This document shows, piece by piece, positions 1 through 9,101 of a DNA stretch of 50,273 bases. This DNA comes from Candidatus Pacearchaeota archaeon (GTDB lineage: Archaea; Nanobdellota; Nanobdellia; Pacearchaeales; GW2011-AR1), in the NCBI GenBank assembly GCA_017609405.1, contig JAFCDZ010000003.1, positions 1-50,273 on the forward strand, written 5' to 3'. Numbering within the stretch: position 1 is the first letter of the stretch; the number at the start of each line of letters is the position of its first letter. The notes beneath the pieces are model-generated. The model did no database searches. It was not told where the DNA came from and saw nothing but the letters and a program-made list of their open reading frames with translations. A program made the translations under genes and the position numbers.

Positions 1-111
1 ACTCTCAGAATCTTTGGCAATTGTCTTTAAAACTTCTTTCATATTAAGAGATTTAACTCTCTTGTTGTCTACAATCTTACCTTCTCTTAAGATTTGGTTA
101 AAGTCAGTCAT
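1..111 (-). CDS. Hypothetical protein, 5' part only (runs off the window edge)
   Basis: ATG at 111 reads MTDFNQILREGKIVDNKRVKSLNMKEVLKTIAKDSES with no stop to position 1; overlaps the end of the upstream small ORF. Confidence 0.5.
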   Translation of the reverse strand, partial: MTDFNQILREGKIVDNKRVKSLNMKEVLKTIAKDSES

Positions 112-241
112 TTTTCTCTAACTCCTTTTTCATGAAATCTTCAACTTTTCGTGAGAGAATTATATGGCGTTCTTCACAGTATCTTTTATATTTTTCGTAA
201 ACTTCCTCATCCAAACTTAAGGCAACTGTTTTTCTACCCAT
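104..241 (-). CDS. Small ribbon-helix-helix (CopG/antitoxin-like) protein, 45 aa
   Basis: Hand-translated MGRKTVALSLDEEVYEKYKRYCEERHIILSRKVEDFMKKELEKND; alternating beta-strand then two helices; TTTATAAA box about 25 nt upstream. Confidence 0.65.
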   Translation of the reverse strand: MGRKTVALSLDEEVYEKYKRYCEERHIILSRKVEDFMKKELEKND

Positions 242-447
242 ATGTATCCATATAGATTCATATATTTATAAATCTTACGCACACTTGTCCAGTAGATAGT
301 GGAAATACTCTTTTTTTATAATTTCCCGCCCACGCCTCGCTTCTGTTTCTTTTTCAGAGAAAGAAGCAAAAATAAAAGCCCTATTCTTTGATATTTTTCT
401 CATTCCAACCATAAACTTTATATATTTATATTTATCAATATATTAAT

Positions 448-711
448 ATGAGGGAATCTCTAAAGATATTCAAGGCATTATGTGATGAGACAAGATTAAA
501 AATAGTTGAATTTCTTCTTAATGGAGAAAAGTGTGTTTGTGAAATTGTTCCGCTTACAGGAAGAACTCAATCAACAGTATCAGTTCATTTATCAAAGCTT
601 GAAAACTTGGGAATTGTTGAGTCAAGAAAAGAAGGAAAAAGCGTTTATTATAAAATTAAAAATAAAAAAGTTAGAAAAATACTCAGAATACTAAACGATA
701 AAATGAATTAA
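448..711 (+). CDS. ArsR/SmtB family transcriptional regulator
   Basis: FKALCDETRLKI, CVCEI metal motif, QSTVSVHL HTH, wing EGKSVYY. Confidence 0.93.
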   Translation: MRESLKIFKALCDETRLKIVEFLLNGEKCVCEIVPLTGRTQSTVSVHLSKLENLGIVESRKEGKSVYYKIKNKKVRKILRILNDKMN

Positions 712-748
712 AGATAATCAAAAATCTAAAATATTATCGGAGGATATC

Positions 749-1789
749 ATGTTGAGAGATGTAGAGTGTAAATGTCAAATCATTAAGAACTTTACACCAT
801 CTTGGTTTGCAAGTGTCATGGGAACAGGAATACTGGCTATTACTAGCTTATTCTATGCCCAGTATGTTCCTTTTCTGAAAAATTTATCTTACCTATTATT
901 TTACTTTAATATTATTCTTTTCTTTACTTTATTAATCCCATGGGGTCTTAGATGGTTATTCTTTAGAAAAGAAGCATTAAGAGATTTGGAGCATCCTGTG
1001 CTCTCAAACTTCTATGCCACAATAGCAATAGGTATGCTTGTTTTAGCAGCAGATTTTATTGTAATCGGCAGAAATATGGAGATAGGAAAGGTATTCTGGT
1101 TTATCGGGACACTTTTCACGATATTCTTCAGCATACTAACACCATACTTAATGTTTAGGGGTGAGCATATTAAACTCGATCATATAAACCCTGCATGGTT
1201 TATTCCTCCAGTTGGGCTTATTGTAATTCCTATTGCAGGAAGTTTAATTATCCCACATGTTTCAGGAATGGTGCAAGAGTTTGTTATATTCCTCAACTAT
1301 TTTGGGTGGGGTGCTGGCTTTTTCATTTATCTTGCTCTATTGGCAATATCAATGTATCGCTTTATTCTTCATCATCCTCTACCAAACACCCTTGCACCAA
1401 CTATCTGGATAAATCTTGGACCTATCGGAGCGGGAACTGTTGCATTGGTTAATCTAATCAAAAATTCATCTTTTATAGTAGTTAAGGAACCTTTCTTTGT
1501 ATTTGGATTTCTATTCTGGGGATTTGGTATCTGGTGGGTTGTAATGGCAATTATATTGACTTTATACTACATCAAAAGGCTGAGTCTTCCCTATGCAATG
1601 TCCTGGTGGGCTTTTACATTTCCTCTTGGAGCATATGTGGCTGCAAGTCATACAATTTCCTCATTATTTAAAATTCAACTAATAGATTACATTGGTTTTT
1701 CCTTATATTGGCTCTTAGTTATTTTCTGGCTGATTACTTTTATAAAAACTTTTATACACGCATATCATGGGACATTGTTTAAGAATTAA
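749..1789 (+). CDS. TDT family (TehA/Ssu1/SLAC1-like) anion transporter
   Basis: FTPSWFASVMGTG, PAWFIPPVG and SWWAFTFPLG motifs; about 10 hydrophobic segments; GGAGG before ATG. Confidence 0.9.
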   Translation: MLRDVECKCQIIKNFTPSWFASVMGTGILAITSLFYAQYVPFLKNLSYLLFYFNIILFFTLLIPWGLRWLFFRKEALRDLEHPVLSNFYATIAIGMLVLAADFIVIGRNMEIGKVFWFIGTLFTIFFSILTPYLMFRGEHIKLDHINPAWFIPPVGLIVIPIAGSLIIPHVSGMVQEFVIFLNYFGWGAGFFIYLALLAISMYRFILHHPLPNTLAPTIWINLGPIGAGTVALVNLIKNSSFIVVKEPFFVFGFLFWGFGIWWVVMAIILTLYYIKRLSLPYAMSWWAFTFPLGAYVAASHTISSLFKIQLIDYIGFSLYWLLVIFWLITFIKTFIHAYHGTLFKN

Positions 1790-1850
1790 TGGTTATGAAG
1801 ATGTTTAAAAATCTGTGATAATATACCTCAAATTAGGATAAGTTTAGAGA

Positions 1851-2204
1851 ATGAAGATAGCATTTGCAAGTGAAGAAAATAAAGGAATTGAAAGCATGTT
1901 AGCACATCATTTTGGAAGATGCCCCTACTATGTTTTTGTTGAAACAGAAAATAAAAAAATAATTTCTATTGATACTAAAGAAAATCCCTTTTTTAATCAA
2001 CATAAGCCTGGAGAAATCCCCCAGTTTATAGCAGAAGAAAAAACAGATACTATAATTGCTGGTGGAATGGGCCCTAAAGCTATTGAATGGTTTGAAAAAT
2101 TAGGAGTAAAAGCAATAACTACCCCTCCAAAAAAAGTAAAAGACATTTTAACAGATTATTTTGCGGGTAAATTAGTTGGAGCAGAATCCTGTAATGTTAG
2201 ATAA
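1851..2204 (+). CDS. NifB/NifX family (FeMo-cofactor-binding domain) protein
   Basis: MKIAF start, HFGRCPYY and GGMGPKA motifs. Confidence 0.88.
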   Translation: MKIAFASEENKGIESMLAHHFGRCPYYVFVETENKKIISIDTKENPFFNQHKPGEIPQFIAEEKTDTIIAGGMGPKAIEWFEKLGVKAITTPPKKVKDILTDYFAGKLVGAESCNVR

Positions 2205-2279
2205 TGTTTTAGATGGAACTGGTTTGATAGATTTGATATAAAAATAGGAAGTAAAAAATAAAGAACAATTAAAACAGAT

Positions 2280-2789
2280 TTATTTTTTATGTAATTCTAA
2301 TAGTTTTCTTGAAGCTTCTTTTAGAACTTTATTAACTTTTTTTGAATTTTTTTTATCCTGTGCAACTTTAAAAAATACTGCCCTAAATTCAATTAGACTT
2401 TCGTAATTCTCCTTAAATGGAAAATTTCCTTTTTCAAAACCTTTTAAGAAATCTATAATATGTTTTAATTCTTCTTTATCTTCACCTATAGTTTCAAGAA
2501 ATTTTATTCCTTCAATAAGATTCTTTAATATTTCTCCTTTTTTTTCTTTTATCTTTTCATAAACTTTTTTTCCTTTATAAGTTATAGAATAAATTTTTTT
2601 ATTTTTGTTTTTTTTACAAGTTACTAATCCCTTTTTTAATAAATCATTCATTAAAGGATATATCGAGCCTGGAGACGGTTTCCAAAATCCTGTTTGACTT
2701 TCGATTTCTTTTATTAACCCTTGCCCGGTGAGACTCTTTTCACCAAGAATTTTTAATACAATTACTTTTAAACCCCCTTTAATTTCCAT
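2280..2789 (-). CDS. PadR family transcriptional regulator
   Basis: WKPSPGSIYP, KIYSITxKG; start moved to the ATG at 2789 (MEIKGGLK). Confidence 0.9.
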   Translation of the reverse strand: MEIKGGLKVIVLKILGEKSLTGQGLIKEIESQTGFWKPSPGSIYPLMNDLLKKGLVTCKKNKNKKIYSITYKGKKVYEKIKEKKGEILKNLIEGIKFLETIGEDKEELKHIIDFLKGFEKGNFPFKENYESLIEFRAVFFKVAQDKKNSKKVNKVLKEASRKLLELHKK

Positions 2790-2795
2790 ATTTAT

Positions 2796-2809
2796 TATTA
2801 GCACCGATA
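2796..2809. promoter_or_regulatory. Candidate PadR operator (imperfect copy)
   Basis: TATTAG-CA-CCGATA between a TTTAAA box and the padR ATG; resembles the perfect palindrome at 4063-4076. Confidence 0.5.
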
Positions 2810-2813
2810 GTTT

Positions 2814-4058
2814 TTAAATTCTTTTAAATTTTTTTATTTTTCTATTTTTATAAATTAATAATGATATTAGGATAATAAGAATTCCTGTAATAATTAAACT
2901 GCCAATTTTTAAGAAATCCTCTGTAATTTTTTTAGATTCATGGACCTTGATAGGAATTGTTTCATCTGAAATTAGCACATTTTCATCATAGACTGTTCTT
3001 ATTTGAATATCTAATAAATAATTTGTTGGAATCGCATCTTTATCCACATTAAATTTAAGAATAGCTGTTCCGGTTTCTTTAGGTTTAAGAGTTCCTATAT
3101 AGTTTGTTTTTTCCTCAAATTCAAACGGCTGATCTGATTTTTCAAATACTTTAATTGAAGTATCTTTTCCTTCTTTTTCACCAATATTTTTAAGCCTAAT
3201 TTTTAGAACAACTGAATCTCCTTGCGCAACTTCTGTTGGTTCTGTTTTAATATCATTAATTAGGAACTGAGGAATGCCATAAACAGGCAAATCAATTTCT
3301 AAATCTTTTGTTTTTTTATCAACTCCTTTTTTATAGTCTAAATGAATTTTTGCATTATATAAATCAGGTTTAAGTATTTTTTCAGTATCAATATAAAAAA
3401 ACGCTTCTTTGGTTCCTCCTGCTTTGATTGTTCCAAGATTTGCAATGTCTGAATAAGAATTAGAAGGTGAAAATCCCGGTGGTAATTCTAATTTAGCTTT
3501 TACATATTTTGCATCGACATCTCCCGTATTTTGAATTTCTACTGTTAGTTTTATATCTTTCATATCTGGTAAGATTGTAGTAGGATCACTTTGTAAATTT
3601 CCGATAATAAATTCTGCTTTATCAGATTTAACTTCTATTTTAAATTCATCTTTGTAATCCTCTTTGTTATCTTTAATTTTAAACTTCATTTTGTAATCAT
3701 CTGAATCAGCATCTTCATCTATTTCAACTCTAAAATTCTTCGTGGCACTTTCCCCTATGTTTAATTCTTCAATATTCCAATCATCATCCCCCACAAGTTT
3801 AAAAGGATACTCTTCATCAAATTTGAATCTCACATTTTCTTTATTTTCATTATCTTCATTTGTTATTGTAACAGTTAAGGTAAATCTTTCCCCTGCAATT
3901 ATATCATCCTCATTATAAGCGTATTCTATATCATATTCGCCAAGATTAACAAAATTAGATCTTGCACCGACTACATTTACACCATTAAGCAAGATAATTC
4001 CGAATAGAAAAACTGTTAAGACTAATTTTATTTCATATTTATTTATTTTGTATTCCAT
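2814..4058 (-). CDS. COG1361-like S-layer/CARDB-repeat membrane-anchored surface protein
   Basis: Signal peptide, three Ig-like repeats (NxG...L..GE), C-terminal TM helix plus basic tail. Confidence 0.8.
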   Translation of the reverse strand: MEYKINKYEIKLVLTVFLFGIILLNGVNVVGARSNFVNLGEYDIEYAYNEDDIIAGERFTLTVTITNEDNENKENVRFKFDEEYPFKLVGDDDWNIEELNIGESATKNFRVEIDEDADSDDYKMKFKIKDNKEDYKDEFKIEVKSDKAEFIIGNLQSDPTTILPDMKDIKLTVEIQNTGDVDAKYVKAKLELPPGFSPSNSYSDIANLGTIKAGGTKEAFFYIDTEKILKPDLYNAKIHLDYKKGVDKKTKDLEIDLPVYGIPQFLINDIKTEPTEVAQGDSVVLKIRLKNIGEKEGKDTSIKVFEKSDQPFEFEEKTNYIGTLKPKETGTAILKFNVDKDAIPTNYLLDIQIRTVYDENVLISDETIPIKVHESKKITEDFLKIGSLIITGILIILISLLIYKNRKIKKFKRI

Positions 4059-4062
4059 ACAT

Positions 4063-4076
4063 TATCGGTTCCGATA
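4063..4076. promoter_or_regulatory. Candidate PadR operator (perfect inverted repeat)
   Basis: TATCGG-TT-CCGATA between TTTATAAA (about 4081-4088) and the ATG at 4058. Confidence 0.6.
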
Positions 4077-4130
4077 GTTATTTATAAATATTTCTCTACT
4101 CTAAAATATAGATTTAAAATAAAAACAGGT

Positions 4131-4385
4131 TTATTTTTTTCTTAATTGTTTTGCTTCTTTCTTTGCTTTTTCTTTTAACCTTTTGTTAGCTTCGTTTTCT
4201 ACTTCTTTTAGGCTAACTAATCCTTTAACTAAAGCTTCCCTTGCTATATCAGAAATTTTTATTAAAGAATCCTTTGTTACGTCTATTGAAGTGTTTCTTG
4301 CTACCACTGCTTTTTTCATCAGATGATAAACCGGTTCTGGAACTTCAAAAGTTATTTTCTTTTTCTTTATCTTTGTTTTTTTCAT
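4131..4385 (-). CDS. Hypothetical basic protein, possibly RHH-like DNA binding
   Basis: MKKTKIKKKKITFEVPEPVYHLMKKAV...SDIAREAL resembles a ribbon-helix-helix; ATG at 4385 preferred. Confidence 0.5.
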   Translation of the reverse strand: MKKTKIKKKKITFEVPEPVYHLMKKAVVARNTSIDVTKDSLIKISDIAREALVKGLVSLKEVENEANKRLKEKAKKEAKQLRKK

Positions 4386-4530
4386 GTTCTTATTCTCCTT
4401 TTTACTTATTATCTTAAAATAAGACAATAAGAGTTTATAAATCTTTCTATTTAATAGTGTTGTTTGGAAAAATATCTATTTTAAAAATTAAAAAAGAAAA
4501 TAAAAAAGAAAATAAAAAATTTAAGAAAAA

Positions 4531-4656
4531 TTAAATTTTTTCTTCTTTATGTAACCACCAAAGCACCCCACCAATAATTACTACAACTGCTACGATTACC
4601 CCTCCTATGACATAAGGGTTGGTTAAACTTATCCCTGCTATCTCGGGTACTGCCAT
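4531..4656 (-). CDS. 41-aa single-pass membrane micropeptide
   Basis: Hand-translated MAVPEIAGISLTNPYVIGGVIVAVVVIIGGVLWWLHKEEKI; starts right after the upstream stop, preceded by GGAGG; raised GC relative to flank. Confidence 0.7.
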   Translation of the reverse strand: MAVPEIAGISLTNPYVIGGVIVAVVVIIGGVLWWLHKEEKI

Positions 4657-4657
4657 T

Positions 4658-5179
4658 TTATTTATTTCCTCCTTTCAATTTTGTTGAATATTCTCTAGCG
4701 ATTTTTCTAAGATTTTCTATATTTAGTGAAGCCACACTTTCCATAGTTTTTGAAAACACTAAAATTCCTTTATCTAATTTTTTATATTCATTTATCATTC
4801 TATGAATATTTTTTTTGATAGCAGCATCTTCTATTTTATTTAAATTTTTAGACAAAGATTCAATTAAGGGTTTAATCTCAGTCTCAAGAAAATTCTTTAT
4901 TATTTTATTAAACCCTTTAATTAAAGAAGCATTTGTGGAATAATAGAATTCTTTGCCTTTTTTAATCGTAAAAATCATATTTAACTCTTTTAGTTTTTTT
5001 AAACTTCTACTAACAAGCCCTCTGCTGTATTGTGTGCCTTTTTCTATCTCTTTTTGTGTTATAGGTTTTGATTTAAATAACAAAAACCCCCATACCTTTC
5101 CGACAGGTTCTCCTATCCCCCATTGTTTGGATATTTTTCCAAATGAAGATAATATCTTTTTTATACTCTTTTCATTCAT
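4658..5179 (-). CDS. GbsR/MarR-like winged-helix regulator
   Basis: WGIGEPVGKVWGFLL, SRGLVSRSLKKL HTH, C-terminal coiled helices. Confidence 0.8.
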   Translation of the reverse strand: MNEKSIKKILSSFGKISKQWGIGEPVGKVWGFLLFKSKPITQKEIEKGTQYSRGLVSRSLKKLKELNMIFTIKKGKEFYYSTNASLIKGFNKIIKNFLETEIKPLIESLSKNLNKIEDAAIKKNIHRMINEYKKLDKGILVFSKTMESVASLNIENLRKIAREYSTKLKGGNK

Positions 5180-6611
5180 CTTTTTCCTCCAAATACTCTT
5201 TTTTCCAAATTGGTTCTGTTTTCTTGTTTAGTTCTTCATCGAATTCTTTTAATGTTCTATTATACTCTTCAGATTCTAATGCCTGTTTTGCATGCTCATC
5301 TTCTGGCTTACTGTTTTTAGTAAGAATCTTGTCTCTAAAATCAATCCAATGGTCTCTAATAGAACAAGGCATCAACCAATTTTTAGGTTTTTTTGTATTA
5401 TTTAATCCATATTCCTGTTGCCACTTTCTTCCTCTAACAAACAGTTCAGAAAATAGAGCATCAGCCAATTTTTTATTTTGCTTATATAATTCCTTAATAT
5501 TGTCCTCATAATATGGAACAAAAACACAGGGCATAATATTCCCATTCCAATCAATATATAGGTAACCTCCATTCCTGCCATAAGCAATACATCCATTTGA
5601 TAAAACTCCAGAATTCCAAAAATCAGCAATGCAATATTTTTTTTCTTTTAATAAATATTCCCATTTTCTATAAAGTTTCACTCTTTGTTCAGCAGTTATC
5701 ATCAATTCTTCTGCATCTTTTGCTTGTCCTATTGGCATTAATTGAAACATCCACATATAACTTGCTCCCAATTCCTGAAAAATAAAATCATAAAATTTAT
5801 CGTCTAAGAGAATATCAATATTTTTTTTAGTTACTGTAATTGAGGCTCCAAATGGAACACCAACTTCTTTTAAATTATCTGCTGCTTCTAAAATTTTTTT
5901 AAAAATTCCTTTTCCCCTTCTTTCATCTGTTTCTTTTTCAAAACCTTCTATTGAAATTGCAGGAGTAACATTTCCTAATTCTGACAATTTCTTAGCATTT
6001 TCTTTATTTATCAAGGTTCCATTAGTATAAACAAGAAAAAACATTTCATCATATTTTTTCCAAATATCAAATAAAGTTTTTCCATTATCTTTATACATAA
6101 AAGGTTCTCCTCCAGAGATAGTCATAAATCTGTTACTCCATTCATTATAAACTTCATCACATATTTTATCTACAATTTCATAAGAAAGGGCAGGAGCATT
6201 AATTGTTGAAGAGGCATAACATCCTATACAATGTAAATTACATTTTTGAGTTGGAGATAAAACTATAAATGAAGGAGGAAGTACACCATATTTTTCTTTA
6301 AATTTTTTGCCTAAATCTCTTTGTATAAAACCATATTTTACAAGAGTATTGATTACTCTTTCTGCAACTTTTTTAGAAATATTGCCTTTATCAAGATTGT
6401 TTAATGTACTATAAAGCATAGCCATCATATATTCATATTTTTTTTCTTGAACTTGCTTTGGAAAATTTTTATTATTTTCAACTAAATCAGAGTGAAATTT
6501 TTTTTCAAATTGTTTTAAAAATTGATTTCTTATTATTGGAGGAGAAAAAACTATTTTTTTTATTAAAAAAGTATACATTCTCTCTTTTGTTTTATTGATT
6601 TGTTCTTTCAT
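5172..6611 (-). CDS. Radical SAM protein with SPASM/twitch-like C-terminal domain
   Basis: CNLHCIGC (CxxxCxxC), SGGEP, YTNGTL, GCIAYG...YIDWNGNIMPCVF, later PC. Confidence 0.92.
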   Translation of the reverse strand: MKEQINKTKERMYTFLIKKIVFSPPIIRNQFLKQFEKKFHSDLVENNKNFPKQVQEKKYEYMMAMLYSTLNNLDKGNISKKVAERVINTLVKYGFIQRDLGKKFKEKYGVLPPSFIVLSPTQKCNLHCIGCYASSTINAPALSYEIVDKICDEVYNEWSNRFMTISGGEPFMYKDNGKTLFDIWKKYDEMFFLVYTNGTLINKENAKKLSELGNVTPAISIEGFEKETDERRGKGIFKKILEAADNLKEVGVPFGASITVTKKNIDILLDDKFYDFIFQELGASYMWMFQLMPIGQAKDAEELMITAEQRVKLYRKWEYLLKEKKYCIADFWNSGVLSNGCIAYGRNGGYLYIDWNGNIMPCVFVPYYEDNIKELYKQNKKLADALFSELFVRGRKWQQEYGLNNTKKPKNWLMPCSIRDHWIDFRDKILTKNSKPEDEHAKQALESEEYNRTLKEFDEELNKKTEPIWKKEYLEEKDE

Positions 6612-6615
6612 TTTA

Positions 6616-6637
6616 CTTTTTACTAAAATGTAAAAAG
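6616..6637. promoter_or_regulatory. Candidate operator for the radical SAM operon
   Basis: Perfect 8-bp inverted repeat CTTTTTAC-TAAAAT-GTAAAAAG between TTTAAA (about 6642-6647) and the ATG at 6611. Confidence 0.5.
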
Positions 6638-6705
6638 ACTATTTAAATTTTTTTATTTTTTACTTTTTTAAGAACTCTTTTATATTCTTTTTTCTTAAAG
6701 ATATT

Positions 6706-7433
6706 ATGAAAAAGCTTATGTATATTTCATTGCTGTTAGGGTTTGTTTTTTTATTTTTATCAATTGATATAACTTTTACAGGAGCAGTTATTGGAACAAG
6801 AATAAAAATTGAGAAGAATGCTCTTTTTATTTTTAGTTTAATCTTTTTTATGGTTTCGCTCATTTTATTTATTAGTGAGAAATCTCTTGAATCTTTGGTT
6901 ATACCAACAGGAACTTTAAAGGCTGATAGAAAAAGAGTTGAAACAGTTATGAGGAGTTATGCAAGAACAAAAGATAAGCCTTATATTCTTATTACTGGGA
7001 AATTCAAAGGGGCAATAGGGGGAGGCCAGAAAAAGAATCTCAACAATATTCAATTTATAAAGAATTAAGAAAGCATTATGGATTACAGCCTAAGGCTCTA
7101 ATTATTGAAGGAAAGTCCAGAGATACCTTAGAAAATTTTCTATACTCAATAAGAAAGCTTAAAAAAAGAGGTGTTAAGCATATGAAAATCGCAACAAATC
7201 CAACACATTATTGGAGATTTAAATTATTTGAAAGAGAGGCAAAAAGAGAGGGGCTTATTGATGATTCTTTTGAAATTGAACCAATTTATACTCCTGAAAC
7301 ATTTAAAGAATTTATTTACGGTGTTTTGGCGTATATTAAGGATTATATTAGAGTAAAATCTGCTGGTTCTTTGGAAAAAGCAGAAAAACAAAAAAGCAGT
7401 AGTTTTGGAAATTTCCTGAAAAATGTTAAATAA
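6706..7433 (+). pseudogene. DUF218/YdcF/ElyC family protein split by a -1 frameshift
   Basis: Frame 0 gives two TMs and ILITG; the -1 frame from about 7000 reads ...IIEGKSRDTLENF...IATNPTHYWR into ORF 7182-7433 (DUF218 motifs). Confidence 0.75.
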
Positions 7434-7543
7434 TTCTGAAAGGAAAAAGTAAAATGTAAAGACTTTTTTAAAAAGAAATATCTCTCTTTATTTAAAGAAC
7501 TCATAAAACAAACATTTTTTAATGCATATGTCTATTATATTTT

Positions 7544-9070
7544 ATGGCAAGTGTGGAGCAAATTATTGGAAAGGTTAACCCCCTTCTTTATGCTGAGAAT
7601 GGGAAGGAATTGTTGAAGAAATATGGCTCTCCTGAAAAAATTCCTGCTTCAGAGATAAAACCAAAATTGCTAAATATCAAGACTGATGAAGGAGATATTG
7701 ACCTCACATATTATTTTGGAAAAGATAGTAATGACCCTGTATCTGAGCATAAACTTGTTTATCAATCTACTGCTGAAGCAATTGAATCAATTTACTTTTT
7801 TATCTTAGATTTACTTCAAGAGGGAGGGTATTCTATTGAAAAGCTTATTGATAATTTTACCTCTACACCAGGGGGCTCACATTTTTCTGAGGTGGGATTA
7901 AAATCTGCAAGGCTTCAAGAAGAAGCGTCTAAGATAATGGGAAATATTAATGTTGTTGTCAAAAGTATCCTGAATATTGTTTATGATTTAAAAGAATTTA
8001 AGATGAGACTACAAGCTTATGATAACCTTCGTTCAAAAGATCCAGAGGTAAGAAAATCTGCTTTACTCTCTTTAAAACAAATTTGGTTAGATAAAGTAGA
8101 TATTCAAAAAGGAAATACCTCTATAAAGATGATGACTTTTGGACAAGGAGGATTTACAACCCTTCTTGATGCTTTTTTAGTTGTTGAGAATGAACATGAT
8201 GTTTCAAAACTTGACTTAAATGATAGGGTAAAAAGGGTTTTATATTCGAGGATTGCTGAGTTTAATATTTGGTTGAAAGAATCTGAGGCAGAGCTTAGAA
8301 AGAGATATGCTCTACAGAAAAGTTATTTGAAAAGCCAGATGAGTAGCTTAAAATTATATATACGATGGGTTAGACCGTATTTAAAAACAATAAATCAACT
8401 TGAGATGAAAGATAGAAAAAGAGATGCTTCATTAATTAATGTTTTTAATACTGTTGTTTTTGAGATTGTTTTATTAGGTAAGAAAAGTGTGAGTATTGAA
8501 AGTGGTATTGCTGAAGGTTTCCTTCCAACATCTTTCTCAAAGATTAAACCAAGAAGAAAATATTATTCTTGTATTCTTGTTAGTTTTAATTTTAGAGGGA
8601 TTCCGAGACAAGGAGCCCCTTTTGTTGGTCGCTCAGAGGTGACTTTTAAAGGATATGCGTTGAATGAAGACGAATTGAAAAAATTGGATGAAGAATTGGA
8701 AAAAGATGACCTTAATGAGGCTTTTAAATTAGTTGAGGAGGCAACTAATGAGAGTATAGAAGCTCTTTTAGAAGAAGTTAAATCTTTTTTAGATGAGAAA
8801 GATGAGAACAATGATTCTGGAAGTTCTGAATCTAATAAAAAGAAGAAAGTTTCTGATGAAGTTTTCAGCCCATTTAAGGGTCTTGTTGAACCTTTTAAAG
8901 GTTTGAAGATTAAAAAAGAAAGTTCTTCAGATAAGACAAAAAATTATCTTGAGGAAGAGTGGTATGAGAAAGAATATCTTCGTCCAATGGCTGCAAATAG
9001 CGCTGTTATGATGGCTTTTAAATTCTTTGAAATTTATAAAAAAGCTCATGGAATGCCTGCATATCCATAA
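7544..9070 (+). CDS. Hypothetical protein (508 aa, largely helical)
   Basis: Long clean ORF; no catalytic motif recognised. Confidence 0.85.
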   Translation: MASVEQIIGKVNPLLYAENGKELLKKYGSPEKIPASEIKPKLLNIKTDEGDIDLTYYFGKDSNDPVSEHKLVYQSTAEAIESIYFFILDLLQEGGYSIEKLIDNFTSTPGGSHFSEVGLKSARLQEEASKIMGNINVVVKSILNIVYDLKEFKMRLQAYDNLRSKDPEVRKSALLSLKQIWLDKVDIQKGNTSIKMMTFGQGGFTTLLDAFLVVENEHDVSKLDLNDRVKRVLYSRIAEFNIWLKESEAELRKRYALQKSYLKSQMSSLKLYIRWVRPYLKTINQLEMKDRKRDASLINVFNTVVFEIVLLGKKSVSIESGIAEGFLPTSFSKIKPRRKYYSCILVSFNFRGIPRQGAPFVGRSEVTFKGYALNEDELKKLDEELEKDDLNEAFKLVEEATNESIEALLEEVKSFLDEKDENNDSGSSESNKKKKVSDEVFSPFKGLVEPFKGLKIKKESSSDKTKNYLEEEWYEKEYLRPMAANSAVMMAFKFFEIYKKAHGMPAYP

Positions 9071-9101
9071 AGAATAAATATCTCTTTTTCTTATTAATAA
9101 T

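Noticed and set aside
1851-2204. Nitrogen fixation
   Set aside because: Stand-alone NifX-like domains are common in non-diazotrophs; no nif genes are present
2790-2804. ORF-track upstream starts for padR (also rnhB at 19870 and amrS at 27137)
   Set aside because: The extensions run through promoter/operator sequence; downstream ATGs match the family N-termini
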